The notes below the pieces were generated by a model. That model did not search any database and was not told the origin of the DNA. It saw nothing but the letters and a program-made list of their open reading frames with translations. Of a stretch of 64,000 bases of DNA, positions 44,535 to 57,530 are shown piece after piece (position 1 is the stretch's first letter; every line of letters starts with the position of its first letter). Source of the DNA: the human T2T-CHM13v2.0 reference genome, Homo sapiens; NCBI RefSeq assembly GCF_009914755.1, contig NC_060931.1. The stretch is one strand, 5' to 3'. A program made the translations under genes and the position numbers.

Positions 44535-44668
44535 GAGGTCTGTCTGATGGTTACACGAACATAAAGCAGACCTGGTGGATTGTATTGGAATCAAGGCTCC
44601 AAAAACCACAGTCAGTTTAACACTGCCTAGAAGTCTTGGCAAGACTCCTCCCTTTGTCTGTCTTTGGG
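44535..44668 (+). other. Candidate 134-nt non-coding exon
   Basis: Acceptor CTCTCTCTTTCTAG| (AG at 44533-44534) and donor GGG|GTAAGT (44669); stops in all three frames. Motif evidence only. Confidence 0.3.
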
Positions 44669-44795
44669 GTAAGTGTTCAGAAGCAGGACTTAGGGCCTAA
44701 AGGAAAGGCCTGAATCCACTTACTGGAACTCTCTGTGTCTTTGGAGCATGAGAGAAAGAAGTCTTCACCCTGCAAGAAGGGCAAAAGCAAGGTAG

Positions 44796-44843
44796 AACAG
44801 CAGCATTTCATTGGGGACAAACAGGAGCATTTCACTGGGGACA
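44796..44843. repeat. 24-bp tandem duplication
   Basis: AACAGCAGCATTTCATTGGGGACA / AACAGGAGCATTTCACTGGGGACA (2 mismatches). Confidence 0.9.
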
Positions 44844-47715
44844 AGCATTCTCAACTTGAGAATGAGGAGCGGGTCAAGGAACTAGAACAAGGTGTCATCA
44901 TCTATGTGCTAGGACAGGTAAGTGGGAAGGTAAGTGATGAAGTCACAAACAAAGCAAGATCCCAGTTCCTGATAACTGACACAAACACAAACTCTAGATA
45001 ATTTTGGGCCACCCAAATACTGCCCTAGATTCCTTCACTTTCCCCTCCCTGGAACAGCCACGTTCCCAAAGACTGAAGCAGCACACAGCCTGGTGGCGGA
45101 GGGAGCTGTTAAGTGATCTTAACATGTAAGTACCACAGGAATATTAAGGAACATGCAAAAGGAATCACTCTCATTACCCTAAATTGTCTCACACATGAAA
45201 GATCAGAAACCTCTATCAGAGCAGAGCTGCTGGTTGAATTCACTCTTGCCAAATGAAAAAACTACTGGAAGCTGAAGCCACTGCTAAAAGGACTGTTTTC
45301 CACCAGGGTCACTACTGAAGGAACAGCTGCTAGTTGGTACTGGGAGTAGCTGCTGAGGGTGACACAATAAAAACCTTTGCTGCCGGGCACTGCTTGAAGC
45401 AGCAGGTAGTTTCACGCTGGGCACCACCTTCAGTTCAGAAATCTCCAGCTCATACGATTTTACTTTAAGTTTACGTTTGGGAGAAAAAGGAGTTATTCCC
45501 CCATCTAAGGGGAAGGTAGAAATTGTTATTCATTTTCTTTCTTACTACAGAAAAAAAAAAATTACTCATGCCAATAAAAAGACCTGAAAATCACCTAGCC
45601 CTCACATTTCTAGCCAGAAGAAAGAGGGACATGGAAAGACAGTCTCATACATGCAATTGTGTGAAGAACAAGTTCAAAATGAACAGGCTTTGGAATGCCT
45701 TTTTTTAAGCGTCATTATTTTTCTAAGCCTCTAGACTGAGGTAAGTTGTTCTTAATTCGAAAGAACATAAAAATGAATTCTCAACCTTTTCCACAGACGG
45801 TAATATTCCTGTAGTCATTGCTATTGTTAAAGGCCAATTAATCCTGTGCTAGTTCTATAAATAATTGACTTTTTTTCTTTCTTTAGGTTTTTAGAATATA
45901 GATCTTTGCTTTCTAGTTTTGATCAGTCCTGGTTTTATTTAAATTAATACACCTCAAAAAACTGCCTAAACCTGTTAGATGTTTTAAGTGTATTTCCAGT
46001 CTGTGCAGACTATGACCTCTGCTGGGAATTTTCACTGAATTTGCAGCGAACAGAGAGAGTTTTAGTTCCATCAGAACCTAAAAACAAGAAAATCTGACAG
46101 CAACACTCAAGTCCATCCACAAATGACCACAAATATTATAAATATTTGTTCCTATATTAAAATATAAATATATGAATTAAAATAGAAAATGTATTTTAAT
46201 ACTAAGATTGAGAGTAAGGATTTACTTGACATGAAAGCTTGCAGCATAATTCTAGGAAATTAGTTTAATCTATATTTTTAAGTATAAAAAAAGGAATGAC
46301 TGTTCTTTGAAGCAAACATTACAGAGAGACACTTAAAGAAGATGAGAGCTATTGGATTAAAATATATTTTTTCTCTGCTCAGCTCAAAGCCTGATTCAGG
46401 TCAGGAGGTTATATAGCATTCTAGATACATCACTGGGGATATTTTTTCTTTTTCGCTAGGTATTCCTCCCCTCATTCCTACCTCAGGATTTAATAAAATT
46501 TCAGGAGGAAACAGTAGAGTTCTACCTCTTACATGGGTAGAGAAATTACGTATTCCTTAATATTTGTTGGTGATCACTAGTTGAAGATTTTATGCTTAAA
46601 TCTTGCTATTGATCAACTTGGGTAGTCATTCTACTATGGTAATACACTCAATAAAAGTAAGACCGTCTAGGCATACTGGTTGCATTTAAAAGCCCTCTTT
46701 TATTAGCTTTAGAAGTTTGGGATGAGAATACATAAAGTAAGATCTGGCATGGGGTCTCTGTGTAATACTATTAAACACATGTAGTAAAATATTTTTGATA
46801 GGCCCATGTAACAATTTTAGCTATAACATAACTTAAGTGCTAAACCACACACTGAAGATTTGAAGTGATAAGAGTAAGTACATCATGAGAAACGCAAGCT
46901 TAACAACAACAAAAAAGAGTAAGTACAGCAAAGAATATCAAGCATCATTTTTAAAATGTAAAATTATAAATTTTTAAAAATTCCTTCATTTTTCATATTT
47001 TAAACAATGAACATGTATAATTTTATAATCAAACATTAGACATCTATCTAAAATATATAAATATAACATATTATCAATTGAAAACATTAAATAACCATTT
47101 AAGCAAAATTTTACACTTAAATCTAAAAGAAGGCCAAGGGTGGGAGGAAAGAGAAAATTCTGTTACTATCATTGTTTCTTGTTTCTTCATGATATGGTGA
47201 TGCAGTTGTGCTCTGCCTAGACCCAAGTCTTCTTAGGAGGTGGAGTTGAAATAAGTCTTCTGGGCTCCTAATTAAAAGTTAACAACACATGCTGGTGGTC
47301 AGAATTACAAAGGTGTCTCAGGAACCAGCTGCTTTAATCAAGTCAACAAAAATTGAGTAATGTCTTCATCTCACAACCAAGGCTGCCTCCAGACAGTACC
47401 TTTGAGTAAGATATCATTCAAGCACTCTTACTTCAGTAAAAAGATCTATGCCCAGAAACTTGATGCCTACCTCTTAGATCTTGAAGAGACTGGCATTTTT
47501 GCTGTCCTCAAAGTGAACATCCTATTTAGCCTCAGTCTTAGAATAATTATATTATATTTACTCTCCAGTCACTTAGAAAATTAATGGCTTAAACTAGAAC
47601 CAGGATCAAAACTCAGATGTCCGAAAGAAGTCCATTTCCCATTGGGAAATATTTTGGCTGATTCTCTCCCTCACTTCTAAGATGTCACCAAAAGATGAAG
47701 CACCTTCCCCACCCC

Positions 47716-47719
<4 letters not shown>

Positions 47720-47753
<34 letters not shown>
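47720..47753. repeat. (AC)17 microsatellite
   Basis: Read directly. Confidence 0.98.
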
Positions 47754-47756
<3 letters not shown>

Positions 47757-48516
47757 ATCATACCCCAAAAGAATATAGATGTATTTGACTTTCCTGAGAA
47801 AGTCTCAAGGCTAGTCACCATCAATCACCATCAATTGGAAAGCATCTTGAAGGTAAGTAGAGGAGCCTATCAATCTGTATAACTCTGATGAATTTTGCAA
47901 AGTGTGGATTGTCTTTTAAGTATATAATAGAGTAGGAAAAGTGAATAATCTATTTCATGTAAAGAAGTCTCAGCATGACAATTTTCCCATGGGATAAAAT
48001 AATCAAGGAAGGGAAATATTTTCTAAACTGTATTAGATGACTTCGCAATTAGATCACATCTTCCTTCAGGCACCACTGAGTGCTTCCCCTACACAAAAGA
48101 ATTTCGTATCTGTTTCTTGTAGGTAGTTACTTGAGAGGGGAATTTAAACATTTCTAAAAAGGAGAATCAAAGGGTAAGGGTTATAAGAATGGTAACGAAG
48201 AATGAAGAAAAGCTCCTAGAGAGCACTACAGCAGACATCAGAAAAGAGGGTGAAAAGTGATGCCCTGAACTTTACAGGGGAAGAAGAAAGCAAGATTGAG
48301 AGGAAAAAGTCACCAGAGTGGGCAGGAAGTGGTGTTGTCCGCTTCCTGGAAGGGAAAGAAGTTAAAAAAACTGAAAAAAAAAAAAAAGAAAGCCTGATAC
48401 AGTTCACCTGCTAAAAATAAGGACTTGCCCAGGAAGAAGGCAACTGCTACTTAAATGAGTAAGAAAGGATTCTGCCAGAAGCCAGCATTGGAGCAGCATC
48501 CTCCTGAGAATTGAAT

Positions 48517-48620
48517 CATAACAGCTAACATTTATTGAACACTTGCAGTGTGCCAGGCACAGTTCTAAACATTTTACATGTATTAACACACTTAATCCTC
48601 ATAATAACTCTATGAGGAAC
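48517..48620 (-). mobile_element. MIR 3' fragment
   Basis: ACAGCTAACATTTATTGAACACTT...TGTGCCAGGCAC...TTAATCCTCATAATAACTCTATGAGG. Confidence 0.85.
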
Positions 48621-51499
48621 TGAAGCCAAAGCAAATCTGGGAACAGAGTACAGGGTGGAAGGCAGAAAATCTCTCCTGGCCCCTCAAGGATTGTAACTAC
48701 TCTGGTGTCATTCCCAACATTGAACTCCATGAACCTGGACATTGTGGGATTCTTGATCACTTTCTGTAGGCTGCAAGTCCAATGTTTTGTCTTCAAAACA
48801 AAAACAACTCCTTAATGAAGAAGTTAAGCAAGGAGTACTGTAATATCTACTGTATTTTCCAGGAGATAACCAAAGTCAAATACGATGCCAGGGATGATTC
48901 TAACAAAGACTAACACTGAAGTTCATTAAACACTGACTGCTTCAGCCTTATGTTTAAAAAGAAGAAAAAAGATTTTTAGCCAAAGTAACAACAAATAGGA
49001 AGACAGAGCCAAATCTCTGAGAATGTTGTCTAATGATGGTTTGCTTTGAGCTTTTTGGGGTGGGGGGAGGTGGAGGATTAAGTTTTAATGGAACTATTAA
49101 GTTTAAAAAAATAAGGGGGAAATTAAAAGATGTATTTTAAAATGACATTAGAAAATACAAACTAAAGAGACATTCATCATACTTGTTTTCACCATTTCTT
49201 GGTGATTTTTGAGTTTCCATTTAGACCAAGAAATACATAAAGAAAATGTGTTAAAACCTAATTTTTCTAGTAAAAGAAAAAAAAATTCATCCACTTCACA
49301 AAGGGTGCCTATACTCTTTATTTCAATTTCCTGCAAAAAAAATTTCTTTCTGCTCTCTCAGCAGTATTCTTTGCCCCTTTAAATTTCCAAACTCTGTTCT
49401 GAAGCTGTTTTATGATTGTTTTCAAAGGCTTCTGGTAAAGTACTGGAGAGTGTATTTGTGTGTGTGTGCACACACATACACAAGTGCATTCATGTGTGTT
49501 TTTAACAGTAAAAATAAGAAACTACCTTTCCATGTGGGTTAGAACTGAGATGAAATGAGGAATGGCCGCCACCAAGCAGAAAATGTGCTCACTTTATGTG
49601 TGCCAGTTAATTACAACACTTCAGAGGCGTTTCCGAAAGGATAAGGAAAGCTGCATAAATTTAGCTGTAATCCAGGCAGGCAAAACTAATTTGCAGGGGA
49701 TGGCCTTATCTAGCCACTGCAGCTTTCTCAGAAAATTAACCTTGGATATTTGGGCCCAATTCAGAAAGTGTTTGATTTTTTTTTTTCCTTTCCCTGCTCA
49801 GCATAAGAGAATTTTTGAATTCAATATAATACCTGACTTTTAAGAAGCACGATGAATGCTGTAGGCAGTTCAGAGTTATTACTGGCAAGCAAAAATATAT
49901 TTTTTATATACACATATAGATGATTGTCCTTCATGCCCATTATCCTGCCTTCTTACATGTGCATCAGAGGGTTTATCAGTGTAGGTATAAGGGGTTTCTC
50001 GGATTAAGAGAAGGGTGCCACTCATTTTTAATGTACTTAGAAAAATTCATCAAAGTTCATTGCAGAATAAGTCATGCATACTGACTTGTTCATTCCAGTG
50101 GAAATGAAGAAATCCCCATAAAAATAGAAGTTTAATGAAGTGTTGGAGCCAAGTCTTGCCTGTCATTACAGTTATCACTGATTTAGACCCTTCCTTGATC
50201 ACCCACTATTAATTAATCTCACACAGCACAGTTAAAGCTTTACCTTATTATTTATCATGTAATCATTTATTCCATCAATATTTACTGAAGTCAGCATGAT
50301 TTTCATGTGTTTTCTCATTTAATCCTCATGTTATCCCTGTTTGTATTTCACTAGTTTCACCAGCACAAGAGGTAAAGATTTTATATGTCAGTGTTTCCAA
50401 TCCACTTCAAAATTTCTCAAAGCAATGACAGTATGTAAGCATCAATGGAGCTCTATCGTTTGGAGGTAAGATTTAAGGCTTTTTATCCAAAAGATAATTT
50501 TAACTTTCTTTGACCAATTTCTTTATAATACAAATATTAATGGTTTCCATCTTTTCAAATTTTAAATTGCAAGGTGAATTTATATCAACCAGCTTTAGTA
50601 ACATATCCATAAAAAGCCCCACATGACTATTGATAGTGGCTGAGCTGAACTTTAAAGTTTTTTTAATATCCCATCTACAATATAATTACTGTTTCACTTA
50701 TTTCAAACCATAGGAGTTACTTATTTTAAAGTGGCATGAACTCGATTGGCAATAATTGTTCTTGAGCATGTCACAATTAGGCAGAAAGGAACATATTTAT
50801 AATAATAAAAGAGCCATTTTATAACATAGATTGCACACTGAATCATGAAATGTGAAGTAATGACTCCCATTTGGATCTAAATTTTCCTCACGCTTGTTCA
50901 ATCGCCAGGGCTAAATGTTATGGCTATTTATAGTTACACCCTAGGGTGGAAGGGGGAGGGAATTAGATATCATAAAGAATCATACATAATACATAAAGAC
51001 TGAAACTACATTTTATGAGAACTGAAAAATTTAAGAAACTCTGGCTGAAATACGGAAATGTCGTGCCAAGCAGAACTTCCTCTTACACAATAACATTAGT
51101 AAAGACGTAACAGACATAAACACAGTAAACCCTCAAACCATCATGGTGTTATCTGCACTTCTGCTAACATATAATTTATTTTAATGAATAATTTGAATAA
51201 ACACACTGAGGCTAAGTTTGAAGGTCACTGGAAAAAAGACATCATCACAGATAACAATGCATTAAATATCAGCTATGTGGGTAATCAAAGTCACAAAGTA
51301 ACTACACAGATGCATTACACAATACTCCAACCTACCAATAAACGGTTTTATAATTGACTTTTAAAAGATATCTTCTACTTCAACCAATTTCTAAAAAGTT
51401 AATTAGCCTGATTATAAAGAGTCCCAATTCACTTTAACAACACAAAACAGAAGAGAGCCCTGTAAATGCTCCCACCTGGCAGCAATTGTCCAAAATACT

Positions 51500-51660
51500 G
51501 TAGGTACTTCAAGGTCAGGGACACTATATAATCACTGTAATTCCCCGGGGTCAAATGCAGTGTCTGTAATATACACGACAAACAATAAAGTCTGGCCAAA
51601 TGAATGTATGATTGAATAAATGCATGAATGGTGGATAGATGAATGAATTAATGAATGAGC
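51500..51660 (+). mobile_element. L2 3' end fragment
   Basis: CTGTAGGTAC...AGGTCAGGGAC...CAATAAA followed by degenerate (TGAA)n. Confidence 0.55.
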
Positions 51661-52816
51661 ATATAGACTGGCAAAAAACAATTAAATTATTTAATTTTCA
51701 AAGGGAGCTCTAAGCTTTATCATTTCAGTAACCCCAAGAAGCTCTGGGGTTTCCTTGCTGGTGTCTTAAGGGTAAAACACCTAAAACCACTGTCACCAGT
51801 TCCTCCTGCCCCTTTAATCCCCACCTCCACCCATTTCTTCCACCCCATACACACACTTCTCATCCAATTTCAGCAATTCTAATTTTAAAAGTGTAAAAAT
51901 ATGGTGATATATTGAAAGAACAATTCAAACAGTTCAATTAACAGTTTGATGCACTTGAAAATTTCAAGAAACACACCTAGTATATAAAATAAAGTGCATG
52001 TATTTTCTATTTGTTCAGCTTTTCTAAAAGGGTGCATTAATCTTATGTCACATTTGCTACACAGAATATGGTTTTCATTTTCATTTCTTTGATTTTAATG
52101 ATTATATCTACTGTCTCATAATTGAAAAAATACTTTTGTCTTTTAGCCTACATTTTCTGAATTATTCTAAAGGCATCTCTTATAATTTACCAACATTTCC
52201 TAAACTAAAATTAAACTTACAGCTCTTCCCTAGACTACCATGGATTTTCAGGAATTTGCTAAACAAAATGGTCTTTCATTAAGACAATCTACTCTTTCTA
52301 TTCCATCAGTATTCACAGGTTGTCTACTGGTGCCTTGCATGACACTGCCGATATAACTGCTCTCACAGACCGAGTGATATTCATTGACTTTCTGAATCCT
52401 GGAGAACTTGTATAAGTATCATTTTGGAATCCAAGTATATGCAGTGTATAGAAACCAAGTTCTTCAAATATATTTTAAAACTATAAAACTCCCCAAAGTT
52501 TCATTTTTGCTTCACTTGCAACATAAGTCACAATTTACTGCCAGTTTAATCGGTTATAACCAAACCAAGTATTTGAAGAGAAGCACACTAACAAAAGAAA
52601 TTATACATCTTTTCAAAAGTAGGGTCTGAAACCCATGAATATAAACATAAATTTATACATTTTGAAGAAAATCATACACTTTAAAAACCTACCCCTTATT
52701 CCTGTGCCTTCTTTTGGAACAAATACATTGTTTTACTTCTTTCAAAACTTCAACAATTGCCAATAATTATATTGAGGAACATAGCTCCAATTTCTCTGAT
52801 TCTCTGTAATACTGAC

Positions 52817-55800
52817 TAGTAGTCTCCAAAGTTGGTACACATTCCTCAAGATGTGTCCAAAAGGATTAGGTTATTAGGGTGCAAGTAAGCCAATATTATT
52901 AATTCAATATGTGTTTATGTTTATCAAAACAACTAAAGTTCACAAACCTTTAAGATACTGATCGACACTGGTATCTTCCCTCAGTCCACATATCAAAAGG
53001 ATAGTACTGCCATGTAGTGGTCGAGTGTATTAGTCTGTGTTCACTTTGCTGATAAAGACTTATCCGAGACTGGAAGGAAAAAGAGGTTTAATTGGACCTA
53101 AAGTTCCACATGGCTGGGGAGGCCTCAGAATCATGGTGGGAGGCGAAAGCCACTTCTTACATGGCAGAGGCGAGAGAAAAATGAGGAAGCAAAAGTAGAA
53201 ACCCCTGATAAAGCCATCAGATCTCATGAGACTTATTTACCATCACCAGAACAGCAAGGGAAAGACCTACCCCCATAATTCAATTACCTCCTCCTGGGTC
53301 CCTCCCACAACACGTGGGAATTCTGGGAGATACAATTCAAGTTGAGATCTGGGTGGGGATACAGCTAAACCATATCATTCTGCCCCTGGCCCCTCCAAAT
53401 CTCATGTCCTCACATTTCAAAACCAATCATGCCTTCCCAACAGTCCCCCAAAGTCTTATTTCAGCATTAACCGAAAAGTCCATAGTCCAAAGTTTCATCT
53501 GAGACAAGACAAGACCCTTCTGCCTATAAGCCTGTAAAATCAAAAGCAAGCTAGTTACTTCCTAGATACAAGGGGGGTAAATACACCTGTTCCAAATGAG
53601 AGAAATTAGCCCAAACAAAGGGATGGCAGGGCGCATGAAAGTCTGAAGTCCAGCGGGGCAGTCAAATTCTAAAGCTCCAAAATGATCTCCTTTGACTCCA
53701 GGTCTGACAACCAGGTCACACTGATTCAAAAGGTAGGTTCCCACGGTTTTGGTCAGCTCCTCCCCTGTGGCTTTACAGGGTACAGCCTCCCTCCCAGCTG
53801 CTTTCATGGGCTGGCGTTGGGTGTCTGTGGCTTTTCCAGGCACACAGTGCAAGCCGTCAGTGGATCTACCATTCTGGGGTCTGGAGGAAGGTGGCCCTCT
53901 TCTCACAGCTCCACTAGGTGGTGCCCCAGTAGGGACTCAGTGTGGGGCTCCGACCCCACATTTCACTTCCACATTGTCCTAGCAGAGGTTCTCAATTATG
54001 GCCCCGCCCCTGCAGCAAAATTTTGCCTGGGGATCCAGGTGTTTCATACGTCTTCTAAAAATCTAGGCGGAGGTTCCCAAACCTCAATTCTTGACTTCTG
54101 TGCACCCACAGGCTCAACACCATGTGTAAGATGCCAAGGCTTGGGGCTTCCACCCTCTGAAGCCACAGCCCAAGCTCTATGTTGGCCCCTTTCAGTCATG
54201 GCTACAGCAACTGGGACATAGGGCACCAAGTCCCTAGGCTGCACACAGCACGGGGACCCTGGGCCCAGCCCACAAAACTACTTTTTCCTCGTAGGCTTCT
54301 GGGTCTGTGGTGGGAGGCGCTGCCATGAAGACCCATGACATACCCTGGAGACATTTTCCCCATTGTCTTGGGAATTAACCTTTGGGTCCTTGTTACTAAT
54401 GCATATTTCTTCAGCCAGCTTGAATTTCTCCTCAGAAAAATGGGTTTTTATTTTCTACTGCATTGTCAGGCTACAAATGTTCTGAACTTTTATGCTTCTC
54501 TGTTTCTCTTTTTAAATAGAATACTTTTAACAGCACCCAAGTCATCTTTTAAATGCTTTGCTGCTTAGAAATTTCTTCTACCCAATACCCTAAATCATCT
54601 CTACCAATTTCAAAGATCCACAAATCTCTAGGGCAGAGGCAAAATGCTGCCAGTCTCTTTGCTAAAACATAGCAAGAATCACCTTTGCTCCAGTTCCCAA
54701 GTTCCTCATCTCCATCTGAGACCACCTCAGCCTGGACTTTATTGTTCATATCACTGTCAGCATTTTGGTCAAAGCTATTTAACAAGTCTCTAAGAGGTTC
54801 TATACTTTCCTACATTCCTGTCTTCTTCTGAGCCCTCCAACATGTTCCAACCTCTGCCTGATACCCAGTTCCAAAGTTGCTTCCACATTTTCGGGCATCT
54901 TTTCAGCAATGCCCCACTCTACTGGTACCAATTTATTGTATTAGTGCATTTTCATGCTGCTGATAAAGACATACATCAGATTGGGAAGAAAAAGAGGTTT
55001 AGTTGGATTTAAAGTTCCACATGGCTGCGGAGGCCTCAGAATCATGGTGGGAAGCAAAAGCCACTTCTTACATGCAGCGGAAAGAGAAAAATGAGGAGGA
55101 AGCAAAAACAGAAACCCCTGATAAGCTCACCAGATCTCATGAGACTTATTTACTATCACGAGAATGGCACAGAAAAGACCAACCCCCATGATTCAATTAC
55201 CTACCCCTGGGTCCCTCCCACATCAAGTGGGAATTCTGGGAGATACAATTCAAGTTGAGATTTGGGAGGGGACATAGCCAAACCATATCAGTGAGGTATC
55301 CTCAAGAAATCATAGGAGTTCTATCATGTGAAGGGGTGGTAGTATTACCTTCCCTTTTTCATTCCTTTTTAGCATACTATGACAAGTTGCAGTTTACATA
55401 CTCTGTTACATTAATTGATTCTGTAGTATAAAATAGTCAACTATCATAATATGGACATATGGATTTTAAAAACTAATACAATCATCCTCAAATTAAGAAT
55501 GCTACAATTCCAAGTGGACAGTAAGAGATGGGCCCACACCCCTACTCCCAGTGCAAGCTCTCCATCAGTCATGTTCAAGACCAAAAGTATGCCAATCACA
55601 TCTGCCAAAATGTCAGCCTAAAACATCCAGTGTTATAAGGACTACTTGAGCGATGGGCTTATATCCACTCTATAATCAACTATATTCTGATTTTTTTTAA
55701 AAAAGTGACTTCTAAAAGATGGCTCAGTTCAATTTTATTATCTTTTTACTTTCTATTTTTACATACACTGCACATTCATGAAGTAGCTCAGCCATATAAT

Positions 55801-55887
55801 TTATACATAAATAAATGAATAGCAGGAGCCATGCACAGAAATTTTTTACTGATAGACTCACACAATATCAACTTTGGAAACCTTCTA
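52817..55887. mobile_element. Charlie4-like hAT DNA-transposon fossil split by THE1A
   Basis: Inverted terminal match TCCAAAGTTG (52825-52834) / CAACTTTGGA (55869-55878); TTTTTACTGAT subterminal motif. Confidence 0.55.
53026..55290 (-). mobile_element. Complete THE1A MaLR element (LTR-int-LTR)
   Basis: LTRs at 53026-53377 and 54937-55290 (TGTATTAGT...CCATATCA); 1559-bp internal part; polypurine tract on the - strand at 53378-53396; MaLR internal ORF remnant QAEVVSDGDEELGNWSKGDSCYVLAKRLAAFC; partial TSD TCGAG / GTGAG. Confidence 0.95.
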
Positions 55888-56149
55888 CCCAGAGGACTGA
55901 ACTTTACTCCTACCAGGGGTCCAGATTGAGGCTATAAATGTCCCTTCCTATCTTCATAGGAATCTTGAAACTCTCCTACTTCCACAGAGGAAGATGACTG
56001 AAAAAAATGCATAGCTTTACAGAGATGGACACTCCCAATTCTGTTATTCCTGGTAGCATGCCCCTCACTTAGCTTCCTATAACCATAAAATAAGTTCATG
56101 CAAAATGTCCTTTTATCATCACTCACCAAAAAACTAGAAAACAGATTCT

Positions 56150-56512
56150 AATTGGAATGCTACACAGAGGTAGAAAAGAGTGAAATCATGTCGTTTGGAG
56201 CAACATGGATGCAGCTGGAGGCCATTATCCTAAGTGAATGAATGCAGAGACAGAAAGTCAAATTTCAAATGTTCTCACTTATAAGTGGGAGCTAAACAAC
56301 GGGTACACATGGACATAAAGATAAAGACAACAGGCACTGGGGACTCCAAAAGGTGGAGGGGGGTGATGGTTGAAAACTACCTATTGGTTACTGTGTTCAC
56401 TATTTGGGTGATAGGTTCACTAGAAACCCAAACCCCAGCATTACCCAATATACCTATGTAACAAACCTGCACACATGTATCCCTTGAATCTAATATAAAA
56501 TAATAATAATAA
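56150..56512 (+). mobile_element. L1PB-like 3' fragment
   Basis: GCAACATGGATGCAGCTGGAGGCCATTATCCTAAGTGAA...CACTTATAAGTGGGAGCTAA...CCTTGAATCTAA followed by an A-rich tail. Confidence 0.88.
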
Positions 56513-57530
56513 TGATTATTACTAATTGTATGCTTTTTCTCCTATTTAAAAAAAGAAAACAAATTAAATAAAATAGATATTTATCCCCCGTATTTAGCCT
56601 TCTATCTGATAGAGAAGAAATTGGGGAAGAAGGCAGAGGTTTACTTAACCTTTTTGAAGGTTTATACAAATAAACCTTTACTGCCTAAACAGAGTGGTAG
56701 GTCAGCTTCTATTATTTAAAATGTTAATCTGATTTCTCTTGGGTTTTGGGTTTGAAGATCTGTGTCATTATGAGTTTGCACATTAGACAGATGGTCAGTG
56801 TGAGCCTTTATAGCCTAGCCACACATATTCTCTAGCCCTGGGGGACCTTGTGTCTTTGATTACCTCTGCAGGACTTAGGAAGACTAGGAGCTGGAATTAA
56901 TCTCTACTGGAATTTGCAAAACTCTATTTAGGTCTAGAATTTCCCATGGTATCATCTTTTAATTCTGGTTTCATGTCTTTTATTCAAACTTTTCCTTGAA
57001 CCTGTCATTTTGGTCTATGTCCTAATTTTCAGATCACAAGTCTGGACATTTTACTGTCTTCTAGATTCATTTCAGCACTCCCAGAGTATTGGAGGAAACA
57101 AAATTGTAAATAAACTGAAGAACCACTGTGGTAAGTAACATAGTAGACGTGTGAACAAGGTGACATGAAAGCACCAATGGCCCACTGACTTGGCCTAGAT
57201 AACTTGGAAAAGCTTAGCGTCAGTTATATTTAAAAATATATCCTTGAAATGACTCACATGGACAGGGCTGAGGGCTTGTCTTCAGGGGTGTGTCACATAA
57301 AATAATGGAGACACGGGTGTTAACAAGGAAACTTAAAACCCACCAGGTGGCTTAGTGTGGCTGAGAATTGCATGGGTGATGTTGGTAGATGGAAATGGAG
57401 AGAAAGGTGAAATAGAGTGGCAGAATGTGAAGTCAGTAAAATAGACCAAGATCAAGTTGTATGGGGCTTTTAATGTTTTGGGGGAATTTAGATTTTGTCT
57501 TGGGGTATTAGAGAATCATCATGGGTTTTT

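Noticed and set aside
44735-45001. 88-aa ORF with the internal repeat QHFIGDKQEHFTGDK
   Set aside because: GTG start, the repeat comes from a 24-bp DNA duplication, and there is no recognisable homology.
45280-45480. Stop-free - strand frame of ~65 codons (KLKVKSYELEISELKVVPSV...)
   Set aside because: No in-frame ATG or convincing splice sites noted, no recognisable protein family, and the length is within chance expectation.
53314-55191. Cluster of ORFs on both strands
   Set aside because: All lie within THE1A LTR or internal sequence; they are known MaLR remnants or antisense frames.
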